Of a stretch of DNA of 64,000 nucleotides, positions 52,302-64,000 are shown piece after piece. Origin of the DNA: Nymphaea colorata (Eukaryota); assembly GCF_008831285.2 (NCBI RefSeq), contig NC_045138.2, forward strand, positions 5,580,001-5,644,000, in the 5' to 3' direction. The notes under the pieces were generated by a model, which saw only the letters and a program-made list of their open reading frames with translations, was not told where the DNA came from and did no database searches. How positions within the stretch are numbered: position 1 is the first letter of the stretch; each line of letters opens with the position of its first letter. Position numbers and translations under genes: made by a program.

Positions 52302-53207
52302 ATGGATTCCATCAGGCTGGTAGCAGAGGGTTTAGCAGCTCTGCTCGCTCTTTTCTTCATCTGCAATATTTGGCAAAAGAAGAAAAGAGAAGCAAGAGGC
52401 CGACTACCAGAACCGGGCGGTCGTTGGCCAATAGTCGGACACCTTGGCCTGCTGACGGGAACCACACCTCTCTATAGAACTCTCGCTGCTCTTTCAGAGA
52501 AGCTGGGGCCTCTCTTCAGTCTCCAATTGGGACAAAGGCGTGCCATTGTGGTGAGCAGCATGGACCTCGCCAAGGAGTGCTTCACTGTCAATGACCGAGC
52601 CTTTGCCGGTCGGCCTCAGCTAGAAGGTTGGAAACGCCTTGGCTACAATCGTGCCATGTTCGTATTCAGCCCATATGGACCTTACTTTCTTGAACTCCGC
52701 AAGATCGTCGCCAACAAGCTGCTCTCAAGCCAGCAACTCCGACTGGTCAAACACATCCAGGTCGACGAAGTGGGTTCCTTGGTGCAGCGATTGTATCGCA
52801 GTTGCAGCAACCTTGAGCCGGTTGAGATGAACCATCATTTGACCTGGTTGGCTATGAACATCGTCCTCAGGGTGGTCGCCGGAAAACGGTACTTTGATTT
52901 AGGCGGTGAAGGAAAAGAGTTTAGAGAAGCTCTCGGTGAATTTAACAATCTAGTTGGTACGTTCACCCTCTCTGACGCGATCCCGTGGCTGGGGTGGCTA
53001 GATCTGAGTGGCCACCTGCAGGCCATGAAGAGGGTTCACCAGAAGATGGATGAAGTTGCCTCGGCTTGGCTTGCAGAGCACCGCCGGAAGGAGTCCAGTG
53101 GCGCCGGTGAGGAGAGTGACTTGATGGACGTGCTCATTAAAGAATTAAAAGACGGCCACTTGTCGGAAAATCATCAAACTGACGCTATAATTAAGGCCAC
53201 CGCTACG
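52302..53207 (+). CDS. Intact CYP82-like cytochrome P450, exon 1 (302 codons)
   Basis: MDSIRLV... membrane anchor, PEPGGRWPIVGHL, YGPYF, DAIIKATAT|GTGCGT phase-0 donor. Confidence 0.92.
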
Positions 53208-53305
53208 GTGCGTTACCACCTCTCTCTCTTTTCCTCTTTTTTTTTTCCTAAGGTAAAACTTGAGAGATTTTGACAATAAAAAAATATGTGCATAACATAC
53301 ATGCT

Positions 53306-53541
53306 TGGCGTTTGACAGATTGCATCTAAGATTCATAGGACTTGAAAACCGTGGTTTTAGATCTGACTTTTCTCTTTCAATCTTAATTCTAACCTTTAAG
53401 CTTTCGACATAGAGAAGTAAAATAAGAATGTCAAGTATGAATCTTAGGTCTCATGATTCTTTTGTCATATCAACAAAAGCAAACCACGTCAGGTTCATGT
53501 GAGATTTATGAATTTTCAGAACTGAAGTAATAAACTCCCCC
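53306..53541. mobile_element. Possible Tourist-like MITE in the CYP intron (shared with 19064-19300)
   Basis: Ends GGCGTTTGAC... / ...TAAACTCCCCC resemble PIF/Harbinger TIRs; no clean TSD. Confidence 0.3.
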
Positions 53542-54514
53542 TGAAGTTTAATTTTCTAATGGTTAATTACCAAAAATCTGGGTGACCGTGCTTTTTTCTC
53601 TTCTAAATATTTCAGATTCTTCTTACTAACAGATTTGGATATTTGCTTCTTTTGGTGATTTAGTTTGAAGCATGTTTTATAACTTTAAGCATTTCTTGCC
53701 AAACCAAGCTGATTAAGTAAACGTATTACCACCCTATTTAAACTGATAAGATTTTGGGTCCTTCTCATCGCCTAATTTCTGTTTGCAACATGGGAAGCCA
53801 AAAAACTAAGAGAAATGAGAGTATCATATACACACAGTATATTAATACTAGAAGAGTTTTTAGGTTGTGCTTGATTCCACATGGATCTTAGATCTAAGGA
53901 ATCACAAATCCATGATAGATAAAATCCACATTTCAATCAAATTGTGAGCTTCCCATGATAGATAAAATCATGGCCCCTGATTTTAAATCTTCAAGATTGG
54001 AGATCCATATATTTAAGAGAGCTTCCCCACAATCTTAAATCAGGCATGTTTTTATAGTATATATCCGAGGGGTGTTTGATAGCCTCAGATTTGAAATTCA
54101 AGGTGATTTGGGTTCATTGGGAATCTCAAATCTACATGCTTTAGGTCAGATCCGACATCAATTGTAAGGTTTTATTTATAAACTAAGGATCTCAGTTCTT
54201 CTTTTTCACATAATGGCAAAATCTAGGGTTTGTTTATGTTGTAGTTCTACATAAAAGGGATATTAGATCAGCCTCTGAACTGGGATCTCATGCTACCAGC
54301 CACACATTTAGTAGTTTCCGTAAAGTTCAAATGGCTTTTCACTGAATGTTCTTTGCTCTATATACATTTAAATCATTCCTCTGATAACAAATAAAAGAAA
54401 TTGCTCCATACCTACTTTTTATTCATGTTTGCTTGTAGCACTTTCAATTCTCTAGCATCAGTAAAGGGCATAGATCTGTTTACTACCAATCTCCATTGTA
54501 ATGAATTATTCCAG

Positions 54515-55138
54515 GTTTTGGTAGTAGCCGGGACAGAGAGCACGGCAGTCACACTTGAGTGGGCTCTCTCTCTCTTGCTAAATAACCCACATCTCTTAAA
54601 GAAAGCCCAAGATGAGTTTGACTGCCAGGTCGGCAAAGAGCGACAAGTGGATGAATCAGATCTCAGTAACTTGCCTTATTTGCAAGCTATAGTCAAAGAG
54701 ACAATGCGCCTACACCCAACCGGACCACTTTTGGTCCCACACGAGTCAACGGAACCAGTTCAACTTGGTGGGTTCGAGGTGCCGGTTGGCTCAATCCTGT
54801 TTGTTAATGTGTGGAAGATTCATCATGACCCGACATTGTGGATCGACCCAGAAGAATTCAAGCCAGAGAGGTTCTTGAGCAGCCGCAATGTGATGACCGG
54901 CTTTGGTGGTCAGGACTTTGCGTTCTTGCCATTTGGATCGGGAAGGAGGATCTGCATTGGCCGGCGGATGGCCATGCAAGTTCTTAACCTAACTTTGGCA
55001 TGCTTGCTGCAGAGCTTTGAATGGTCTACACCCATGAATGAGCCGGTTGACATGACCGTGGGACATGGCCTAACCCTGCCCAAAGCAACTCCGCTTAGAG
55101 TGCTTTTGAGGCCCCGTCTCCCACCCCACCTCTATTAG
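54515..55138 (+). CDS. Intact CYP82-like cytochrome P450, exon 2 (207 aa plus stop; spliced protein 509 aa)
   Basis: TTCCAG|GTT acceptor; I-helix AGTEST, ETMR, PERF, heme FGSGRRICIG; TAG at 55136-55138. Confidence 0.93.
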   Translation, partial: VLVVAGTESTAVTLEWALSLLLNNPHLLKKAQDEFDCQVGKERQVDESDLSNLPYLQAIVKETMRLHPTGPLLVPHESTEPVQLGGFEVPVGSILFVNVWKIHHDPTLWIDPEEFKPERFLSSRNVMTGFGGQDFAFLPFGSGRRICIGRRMAMQVLNLTLACLLQSFEWSTPMNEPVDMTVGHGLTLPKATPLRVLLRPRLPPHLY

Positions 55139-58100
55139 TTACTTGTTTTTAGTATTAGTTACTTGTTTTTAGTGTATGCTATAACATTACCAATAATATG
55201 GCAGGTTCATGGTTTCATTTTTGAGAATAAACTTTTCCAGTTGAATTCAAAATGAATAACGAGGTGATAAGAAATTGGAATGTTAGAGAAAAGGAAGTTC
55301 TGGGTGTTGCATGTTAATTGATCATGTTGGGGTGTCTGAATAGGTAATGAGTTTCAAGGAGTATAGTGTAGCTGGTTGGATTAGTGGATCAGTCAAAACA
55401 TAGTCAATTTCAAATTGAATTCTTGTGGATGCTACTTTTTTTGTCTTAAAACTACCGTAGACACTACTGTCTAAGTTGATGGAAGCAACCATAAGCTCAT
55501 CTGGGTGAAGTTGAAGGTATTTCAACCTCTCACCTCAGCGGTGGGTTCCCTCCTGCGCACCCAAACTGAATAAATAACGACAGAAGTGGGGTGAAACAGT
55601 TTGTGATGCATATTTTAATTTGAAATTGATGCATGGATTGGTGCGGTGCCACAAATTAATCTATAGTTCTGCAGAATCAATTTCTTATGATGGGGTGACC
55701 TATGAAAAATATAAATTGAAGGAAAAAAAGTATTCTAAACATTCTGTCTATCTTATCCAAGCTCGCACACATCGTAAAAGTACTATGTCTCATGATTGTT
55801 GTTGCACATATGGTCGAATGAGGTATATTTGATGGATTTTTGTGATATTATCGCCGCCATGTTTGATTGGCTGAGCTATACAGTATGAAAATTTAAAGGA
55901 AAACACGGTAACATTCTGGAAATCGCCAAATAAAATTGGCACACATTGGCCAGATTTTGAGCGCTGATAGGTAAAATTAAAGCAGAGAACAACTAGTTTT
56001 TTAGTAATAATATAAAACAATTTTTAACATAACTGTTGGGTTAGATCACCTCATTGTGGAGGATCCTATCCAAACCCAGGTGGAAGGTGAAAAGGCTTTT
56101 TTTTTGCACTCGTACTTGAGTGGAAAGCATTGAAAAGATGCAAATAAGAAACAATTTTGTGGATTGAAATTACAAAAGTTTAAATAGAAGAGGGAAGAAA
56201 AGGGGGATTGGATGTTTTTATGTGATTCTTGGCTTGGGGTTTTCTTCTTCGTTGCTTGGGGTTTTTATGTTCTCTACTCACTGGAAACCCAGATGGGGTA
56301 CAAGTAAACCCTTCAATTTGAGGGTTGCGATTCAAACTTTTACATCCCAAGAATGTAGCACTCATGGGAACTGAATGACATATCTTCTAATCATCTACTT
56401 ATCCGATGAACTATACTATGTCCCTTAAATCTATTGGGTGGAGTTTTTCAGTTGCTAACGGAGGAATTTTAATGTTTTTTTGTTTTTACCATATTAAAAT
56501 TATACATTGTTGAAAAGTCATCACTAACATGGTATGATATGATAAAACAGCCAGAGACATATTTAATGCTTGTGAGCTGTGGGAACTTCCCCTCAACCCG
56601 TATTAGACATGTTTCCCCACGGCCTGACGGCCCCCTAGAAGGAGGAGAAGGCCCCACTGGCCACCACCGGGGCCCACATGTCATGTGGGAGAGGAGCCCA
56701 TTAAATAAGCTCTTACCCCACTCTAAACACTCATAGAACTTTACTGCTTTTACCCCACTCTAAACACTCACAGAACTTTACTGTCTAGATTTTCTGTCTC
56801 ATGATTGTTTTCTCTATTGTCCAAATCATTATTGGCTTGATTTTCTATCTCATGATTGTTTCCCCTATTGTCCAAAATATCATGAAATATGTGAAGGAGT
56901 TTTATCTGCATATCAATTATTATCAATGGCACATCTAAACTTTTTAACCATATAATAGCCCTTTTTTTGCTTCACTTGTAAATTTCTAAAAGGAAAGGGA
57001 AAGGAAAAAGAAAAAAGAAGAGAAAATCTTCAAATATTATAAGGAGGGTCGAACAATGTTCTTTTGAAAAGTCTAATTAGTTGGGTGGGAAATGAATTGA
57101 CCCTGCTGCTGCTTTTGGAGGCATGTTTTTGGTTCCCCATCTGGTTGTTGGTCATAAGTCTTTTTCTGTTATTTAATGTAAGGAAGATGTAAACTTTTTC
57201 AGCTTCAGGTAATCTAAAGTACATTGAAAATTGAATATGTTTAAATTCAATATTAACAAAAAGAAAATCAAAATCATATTTTAATTATTTACATCCTTAA
57301 ATTAAACAAAAAAAAAATCTCGTGTCTCTCTTGAGGGTCGTAACAGAAAACATTATTTTTGAAAAATATATATCAAAATAAAGAAGAAATAATACATGAA
57401 TAGTCAAGTAAGATGACCTGATAATGTAAAATTTTGAGGGGAAATTAGCATGAGATTCAGTGACCATTGAAGGGGGGAAAATATAAAAAAGCTTTATTGA
57501 CCTTTTCCCCATAATTAGATTTGACCTAGAAAAGAAAAAGAAAAAAAATGTTTAAAATGAAAACTGATATTCTGTACAATTTTCTCATACTATATATGTA
57601 CAAAAATTTAGTTTTGTATTTAAGATTATGAGGGATCTTCAAGGGCTTATAAAGGAGGTCATTACTAAATGGTTGTTCTGGTTCTTACCCATTTTCTGGG
57701 TAGAAGCTCAAACTGCTATGGGGCGAGTTAGGATCCGTCGAACCAAAGGTCCCAAGCCCAACAGTGGGTTGGGTTGGTACAAAAGTCGTCATCATTGTCC
57801 TGCGGTAATCTCTTGTGGGGTCGCCAAGATCTTGAAGTCCAATTATCAAAGAACCCCATTTTAAGAAATTGGGGCACGTATTGACGTAAAATATTAGAAT
57901 AAACCGGTCATAGCATCTACGTTTGATAATAGAAAAAAATGAATGGCGGTCATAACATCTACATTTGATAATAGAAAAATCAACATTACAACATTTTTCA
58001 CGTAAAAACAAGTTGATGCAAAGCATGTGTTATATCAAAGTATTTTTGACAAATATATTAGGATGGTTATTTTATATTTAAAACAACTTTTTAATGAAAA

Positions 58101-58197
58101 AATTGAAAGGTTTGTTTCTTTTTTGCTCTGTTTGGTGTTATATATATACAAACATAGCTACCGAGCACCAAGTTTGCAAAATACCATCATCACATCC

Positions 58198-61100
58198 ATG
58201 GATTCCATAGAGCTGGTAGCAGGCTCTTCTTGCCCTTTTCTTTCTTGAGAGTGCGAGAAAAGAGTTTTGTGTGTTGTTCCTAACAACTGGTATCAGAGTC
58301 AGGTTCGTTCGCGATAGAAACAATGGCATTGGAAGAAAGAAAAGTCAGAATCGAGAAGTTCGACGGTAAAGATTTTGGATTCTGAAAGATGCAGATCGAT
58401 GACTTCTTGTATCAGAAGAAACTGCATGAACCACTCATGGAAGCGAAGCCCACAACAATGGCTGACGCAGATTGGCAGTTGCTGGATAGACAAGCCCTTG
58501 GAGTCATCCGGTTGACGTTGGCCAGAAACGTCGCCTTCAACATTGTTAACGAGATGATGATAGGAAGTCTGATGAAGACGCTAACAGATATATACGAAAA
58601 AACATTTTGCTACGAATAAGGTATATTTGATGCATCGATTATTTAATTTGAAAATGGCTGAAGGTGTCTCTGTTATGGATCACATAAATGAGTTCAATGT
58701 TATTACTTCTCAATTGTGTTTTGTGGATATTAAATTTGATGATGAGGTTCAAGCCCTAATTTTGCTGTCATCTCTATCGAAGAGTTTGAGTGCCACTGTG
58801 ACCGCCGTTAGTAGTTCATCGGTGTCAAGTAAATTGAAGTTTAGTGGTGATCGAGATTTAATACTTAGTGAGGACATTCGTAGAAGAGAGACAGGAGAAC
58901 CTCTCGATCTGCCATAAATGTTCATAACAGGAGCAGAACTAGTCAACGCTACCAAGACCATAGAAGGTCCAAATCTAAGAGAATGAGTCAATCCAAACCT
59001 TGAAGTGATGGTTGTTAGAACTGTGGTAAGCGAGGACACCAAAAAAGAGACTGCAGGTTATTGAAAAAGAAAAACACAAATCATGAGGATGATTCAGAAA
59101 AATGCAGCAACAGAAGATATAGGTGATGCACTTGCTTTGAATATACACAACTCTATAGAGTCTTGGATTTTAAACTCTAGTGCATCTTTTTATTAAACAT
59201 ATTCTAATGAAAGTATGCACAACAACTATGTTGCAGGAAAATTTGACAGAGTATATTTTGCAGATGATGAACCTCTGGATATTGTAGGGAAATGTGAGGT
59301 TCACATTAAAATGCAAAATGAACATGTATGGAAGTTAAAAGATGTCAGACATGTCCCAGAGTTGAAGTCCTAGAGTTGAAGAGGAATCTCATTTCAATCG
59401 GGCAATTAGATGACGAAGGCTATGTTACTATCTTTGTTAGCGGATCTTAGAAGATAACCAAAGGTGCTATGGTTATAGCACGAGGTCACAAATTTGGCAC
59501 ATTGTACATAACTGCAGATGTGAAAGACACAGTGGTTGTGGCGAAATGTGAGAATAGATCCTTGTTGTGGCATTGCAGGCTTGGGCATATGAGTGAGAAG
59601 AGAATGAAGATCATGGCAACAAATAACAAGTTGCATGACTTGAAATCTGTAGACATTGGGCTATGTGAAGACTGTGTCTTCGGGAAACAGAAAATTGTCA
59701 CTTTCTCCAAAGTTGGACGACCTCCTAAGAAGGAAAAGTTAGAGTTTGTGCATACTAATGTTTGGAGACCTGTTCTAGTTCGTTCTCTTGGAGGATCCTT
59801 ATACTATGTCACAATCCTTTCTGATTGTATCAGAAAGGTGTTGGTCTATTTTCTCAATCTGACGTGTTTAATGTTTTTAAAAGGTATAAAGCAGAAGTAG
59901 AAAATCAGACTACAAAGAAGATTAAGTGTCTACGGTCAAACAATGGTGGTGAGTATGACAGCAAAGAGTTTAAAGACTTTTGTGCAGATCATAGGATTCG
60001 AACACAAAGGACAATCCCTAAAAAACCACGACAAAATTGAGTTGTAGAAAGAATGAACAGAACCCTTTGTGAAAGAGCAAAGAGCATGAGACTGTATTCA
60101 GGCTTGCCAAAGATTTTTTGGGCTGATGCAATCAATACAGTTGCATACTTGACAAATTATGGGCCTTTTGTTCCTTTGGACTATGGGATACATGAAAAAG
60201 CCTGAATCGGTAAAGAGGTAAATCTTGCATACTTAAGAGTCTTTGGTTGTGTCTCTTACATACATATAGACTCGAATAAAAGGGATAAATTAGATCTAAG
60301 CCCAGAAAATGTTATTTCATTGGTTATGGAAATGATGAGTTTGGATATTATTTTCAACATGATAAAGCGAAGAAAATTATTTGACATAATGACATAGTGT
60401 TCAATGAAATGGCTCTGTACAAAGACAGTGATAGTCTTATGTCTGATAAGATGAACATCATGACACAAATGAAGACATTGTAGAACTTCAAAATGTCTGT
60501 GAAGATGATGTTGCAATTAAGACTCTAGATAGAAACATTCAGATGGAACAAGAACCAAGCACATCCCAACCTCCATTGAGGAGATCAAGTAGAAGACCAA
60601 AACCAAATCGAATATATTCTCCTTATTTATATTACTTACTGTTAACTGATGTCGGAGAACACGAGTGTTTTGATGAAGCAATGCAGGTTACAGATTCAAT
60701 TAAGTGAGAGTCAACTATGAACGAAGAGATGGACTCTTTACATGCTAACAGAACATGGAAACTAGCTGAGCTTCCTTGTGGAAAGAAGTCATTGCAAAAC
60801 AAATAGGTATACAGGATAAAAGAAGAAGCAGCTGGAAGAAAAAAGTATAAAGTAAGGTTAGTAGTGAAAGGTTTTCAACAAAAAGAAGGTATAGATTATA
60901 CAGAAATTTTCTCTCTTGTTATTAAACTAACTACTATAAGATTGGTATTAAGTTTAGTTGCAGCTGAAAATTTATATTTGGAGCAACTAGATGTAAAAAC
61001 TGCATTCTTTCATGAGGATTTGGAGAAAGATATTTATATGATGCAACCTGAATGTTTCTAGGTACAAAAAAATGAAAGCCCTGTATGCAAGTTAGAGAAG

Positions 61101-64000
61101 AGTCTCTATGGTTTAAAACAGGCACTAACATAGCGGTAGAAAAAGTTTGATAACTTTACGGGAAGAAATGCCTTTAAGAAGTGTGATATGGATCATTGTT
61201 ATTATTTTAAGAACTTTGATAGTTGTTATATAATTTTACTATTATATATGGATGATATGCTTATTGCATGCTCAAATTTGCAAGAGATCAATTCTTTGAA
61301 AGAACAACTATCAAAGAAGTTTGAAATGAAAGATCTAGGTGCTGCGAAACAAATCCTTGGGATGAGAATAAGTAGGAACAGTAAGACAGACACCTTAAAT
61401 TTGTCTAAACAAAATTATATTGAGAAGATCTTGTGCAGGTTTAAGATGCAAAATGTCAAACCTATTAGTACGCCGCTTGCTAGTCATTTCAAATTGTCCA
61501 AGGATTTGTCACTCAAGACAGATGAAGAGCATGAAAAAATGTCAAGGATAGGAACTTTAGGTATGAGTCTTTGTTTTAAGAAAAATGAATTTCTTTTGCA
61601 TGGCTTTGTGGATGCAGATTTGGGTGGTTGAATATATTGTAGATACAAAAGGCAATAAAGAGTTGGGTTTCACAGCTTCAAAAAGTTGTTGTGTTGTCTA
61701 CTACTGAAGTTGAATATATTGTAGATACAAAAGGCAATAAAGAGATGATTTGGCTAAAAAGTATTCTAAAAGAATTGAATGTAAAGGAAGAGAAGTGTTC
61801 TCTCTTATGACAGTCAAAGTGCAATTCATTTAGCAAAGAATTCAGTGTTCCATGCTAAAACAAAGCATATTGATTTGAAGTATCATTTCATTAGAGATTT
61901 GTTGGAAGAGAAGATACTATCTGTTGAAAAGATTCGTGAAACAGAGAATCCAACAGGCATGTTGACAAAGTCAGTGACTGCTAAGAAACTGAGGTTATGT
62001 TTAACCTTAGTTGGTCTCCAAAGTTGATTGATGATAAGGCATCGCACAGGTTGAGTATGTGATATACAAGCACTTGATCTATAGTTCGAGATTGTTGATG
62101 TATGGAACTTGATCTATACTGAACACTCATATACAATGTCGTGGATCCAGTGGTGCTTCTCCTGCTTAGAGGCTCGTGCTTTGTTTTATGTAAAGGCATT
62201 TATGTCATTTTGTATAAATGCAGGTTTGCCCTAATCCTTATGTTGTGAGGGAGACTATAGTTTCTTCTTTGGTCTTCTCTCTGAGAGTGAATAGTGAAAG
62301 ATCTGTGCGACCGTGAACGTAAGAGATATTGCTCTGAACCACGTAAATCTTTGTCTTTTTCCTTGTTGTTTTTATCCCTCTCTTGAGAGTGCGAGAGGAG
62401 AGTTTTATGTGTTGTTCCTAACACCTTCGCCGGTCATCCGTCGTTAGAAACTTTTGAACGCCTTGGACATCGTCCTCAGGTCACTGGAAAACGGTACTTT
62501 GATTTGGACGGTGAATGAAAAGAGTTTAGTGAAGCTTTGAATGAGTTTGTCAATCTACTTGGTACGTTCATCGTCTCTCCTCAAAGCCATGAAGAGCGTT
62601 CACCTTAAGATGGATGAAGTTGCCTCGGCTTGGCTTGCAAGCACCGCCGGAAGAAATCCAATAGCGCCAGCGAGAAGAGAGACATGATTGACGTGCTCAT
62701 TGCGGGAATTTCCAAACGTCAAACTTGAGAGATTTTGGCAGTAAAAAAAAATATACATAACATACTTATCGTGCGTTTGACAGTTTGGATTTCAGATTCT
62801 TTTGTCACATACCACGCCAGGTTTATATGAGATTTATGGATTTCAGACCCGAAGTAATCAAACTCATCTTTTGTTTTTCTAATATTTAATTATCAAAAAG
62901 TTTGGTGGCCATGTCTATTTAATATTTTGGATTTTTCTTACTAACCGATTTTGATGTTTGTTTCTTTTTGTGATTTAAGTTATTTTTTTATAACTTTCAC
63001 CATTTTCTTGTCATTTTAGCTTGTGCCATCACCTTGCCAACTATTTAACCAGATTTCTTTCCATCGAGCTCTCATCATCCTTACCAAATTTCATATTTTT
63101 ATTTTGTAACTTCTTTTTAGAAAATTTTCTAAGACATCCTTAAAAATAATTAAAAGAAAAAGACACTTAACCTGAACTTTCATATTGCTAAAAATACCCT
63201 TAGGCTTCGCACTACTAATAAAAAGCTTTTTTTTTTCAAAAAGGCCACAATTTCTAAGCAGATTTGTTAATTTGTATTATTTTTTTACTGCTTCGATAAC
63301 ATTAATGCATGATTAGTTATATCTAAATGACTTTGTTTTCTATCTATATACTTAAAACAATTATAAAATTTTTTTTGTTAGCGTTATAATGATTTTGAAG
63401 GAAATTAAACCTAAATACAATTAATTTACTTGTCAATTTAGCAAGAAAAGCAGAGACATTCCCCTCTTTCCATTGCCTTCAAGGTGCAAGGTTGTTTTTG
63501 GTCCTTAAGATGCTCCTACACGAATCAAACTGACGATCAGACAACAATCTGTCAATCCGACCAACTACAGTCTACACACAATTGATGCACTACCTTATAT
63601 ATATATATATATATATATGTCCATACAAAAAGTGAAAACATATAGGTTGCGTTTATTTCACCATGGATTTGAGATTCTCTGTGATCTGATATCCCTAGGA
63701 TCTCAAATCCATGAATTTAAGATCATATATCTCTTCCTCCCTCTCTCCCCCACCCAAAAAAAAAAACTGATCTTAAATTAATGGTTTTGAATAAGGATGT
63801 GTGGTTCTCTTTGATTTCAAATTCTCGAGATTTGAGAACTATGGATCCTCGTGATTTGAGACCTATAGGTTTATTATCAGACCCCATCCAATTTTATATT
63901 TAAAAGGCGTTTGATTGCCTTGGATCTGAAATTTGAGGTGATTTGGGATCATTGTGAATCTCAAATCCACATTTTTTGCCTCACACCCCCTCAAATCTAA
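58198..64000 (+). pseudogene. CYP82-like pseudogene (copy C2), exon 1 disrupted by a copia; intron runs off the window
   Basis: ATGGATTCC at 58198; exon-1 remnant resumes at 62424 (CCTTCGCCGGTC); 62705-64000 is near-identical to ~43430-44770. Confidence 0.85.
58243..62423 (+). mobile_element. Degenerate Ty1/copia element (Tork/Tnt1-like) with truncated 5' LTR
   Basis: 5' LTR remnant 58243-58285, PBS TGGTATCAGAG 58288-58298, gag KVRIEKFDGKDFGF*KMQI from ATG 58323, IN/RT/RH remnants to 62027 with many stops; 3' LTR ~62093-62423 (TGTT...AACA). Confidence 0.9.

Overview
AT-rich plant (angiosperm-like) nuclear DNA with three main components. (1) Bases 1-~9812 are an endogenous pararetrovirus (Caulimoviridae) cluster. 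It holds a near-complete, decayed ~7 kb minus-strand genome (small coiled-coil ORF, coat protein with Zn knuckle, movement-protein N-terminus fused to a second aspartic protease, an unassigned ~240-codon ORF, AP-RT-RNase H, TAV/inclusion-body-like ORF) plus scrambled fragments in both orientations. The cluster starts about 70 bp inside the intron of a cytochrome P450 gene. (2) An array of nine CYP82-like P450 copies with two exons each. Only 52302-55138 is clearly intact (509 aa); the rest are pseudogenes or incomplete. All copies left of a 100-N gap (36656-36755) are on the minus strand and all copies right of it are on the plus strand. (3) Transposons: a very young Ale-like Ty1/copia with identical 321-bp LTRs, an old Tork-like copia, older copia gag fragments and hAT-type MITEs. 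The two full-length copia elements sit 8 bp apart in the homologous exon-1 site of two sister CYP copies. Family assignments come from motif recognition by eye; no database searches were run.
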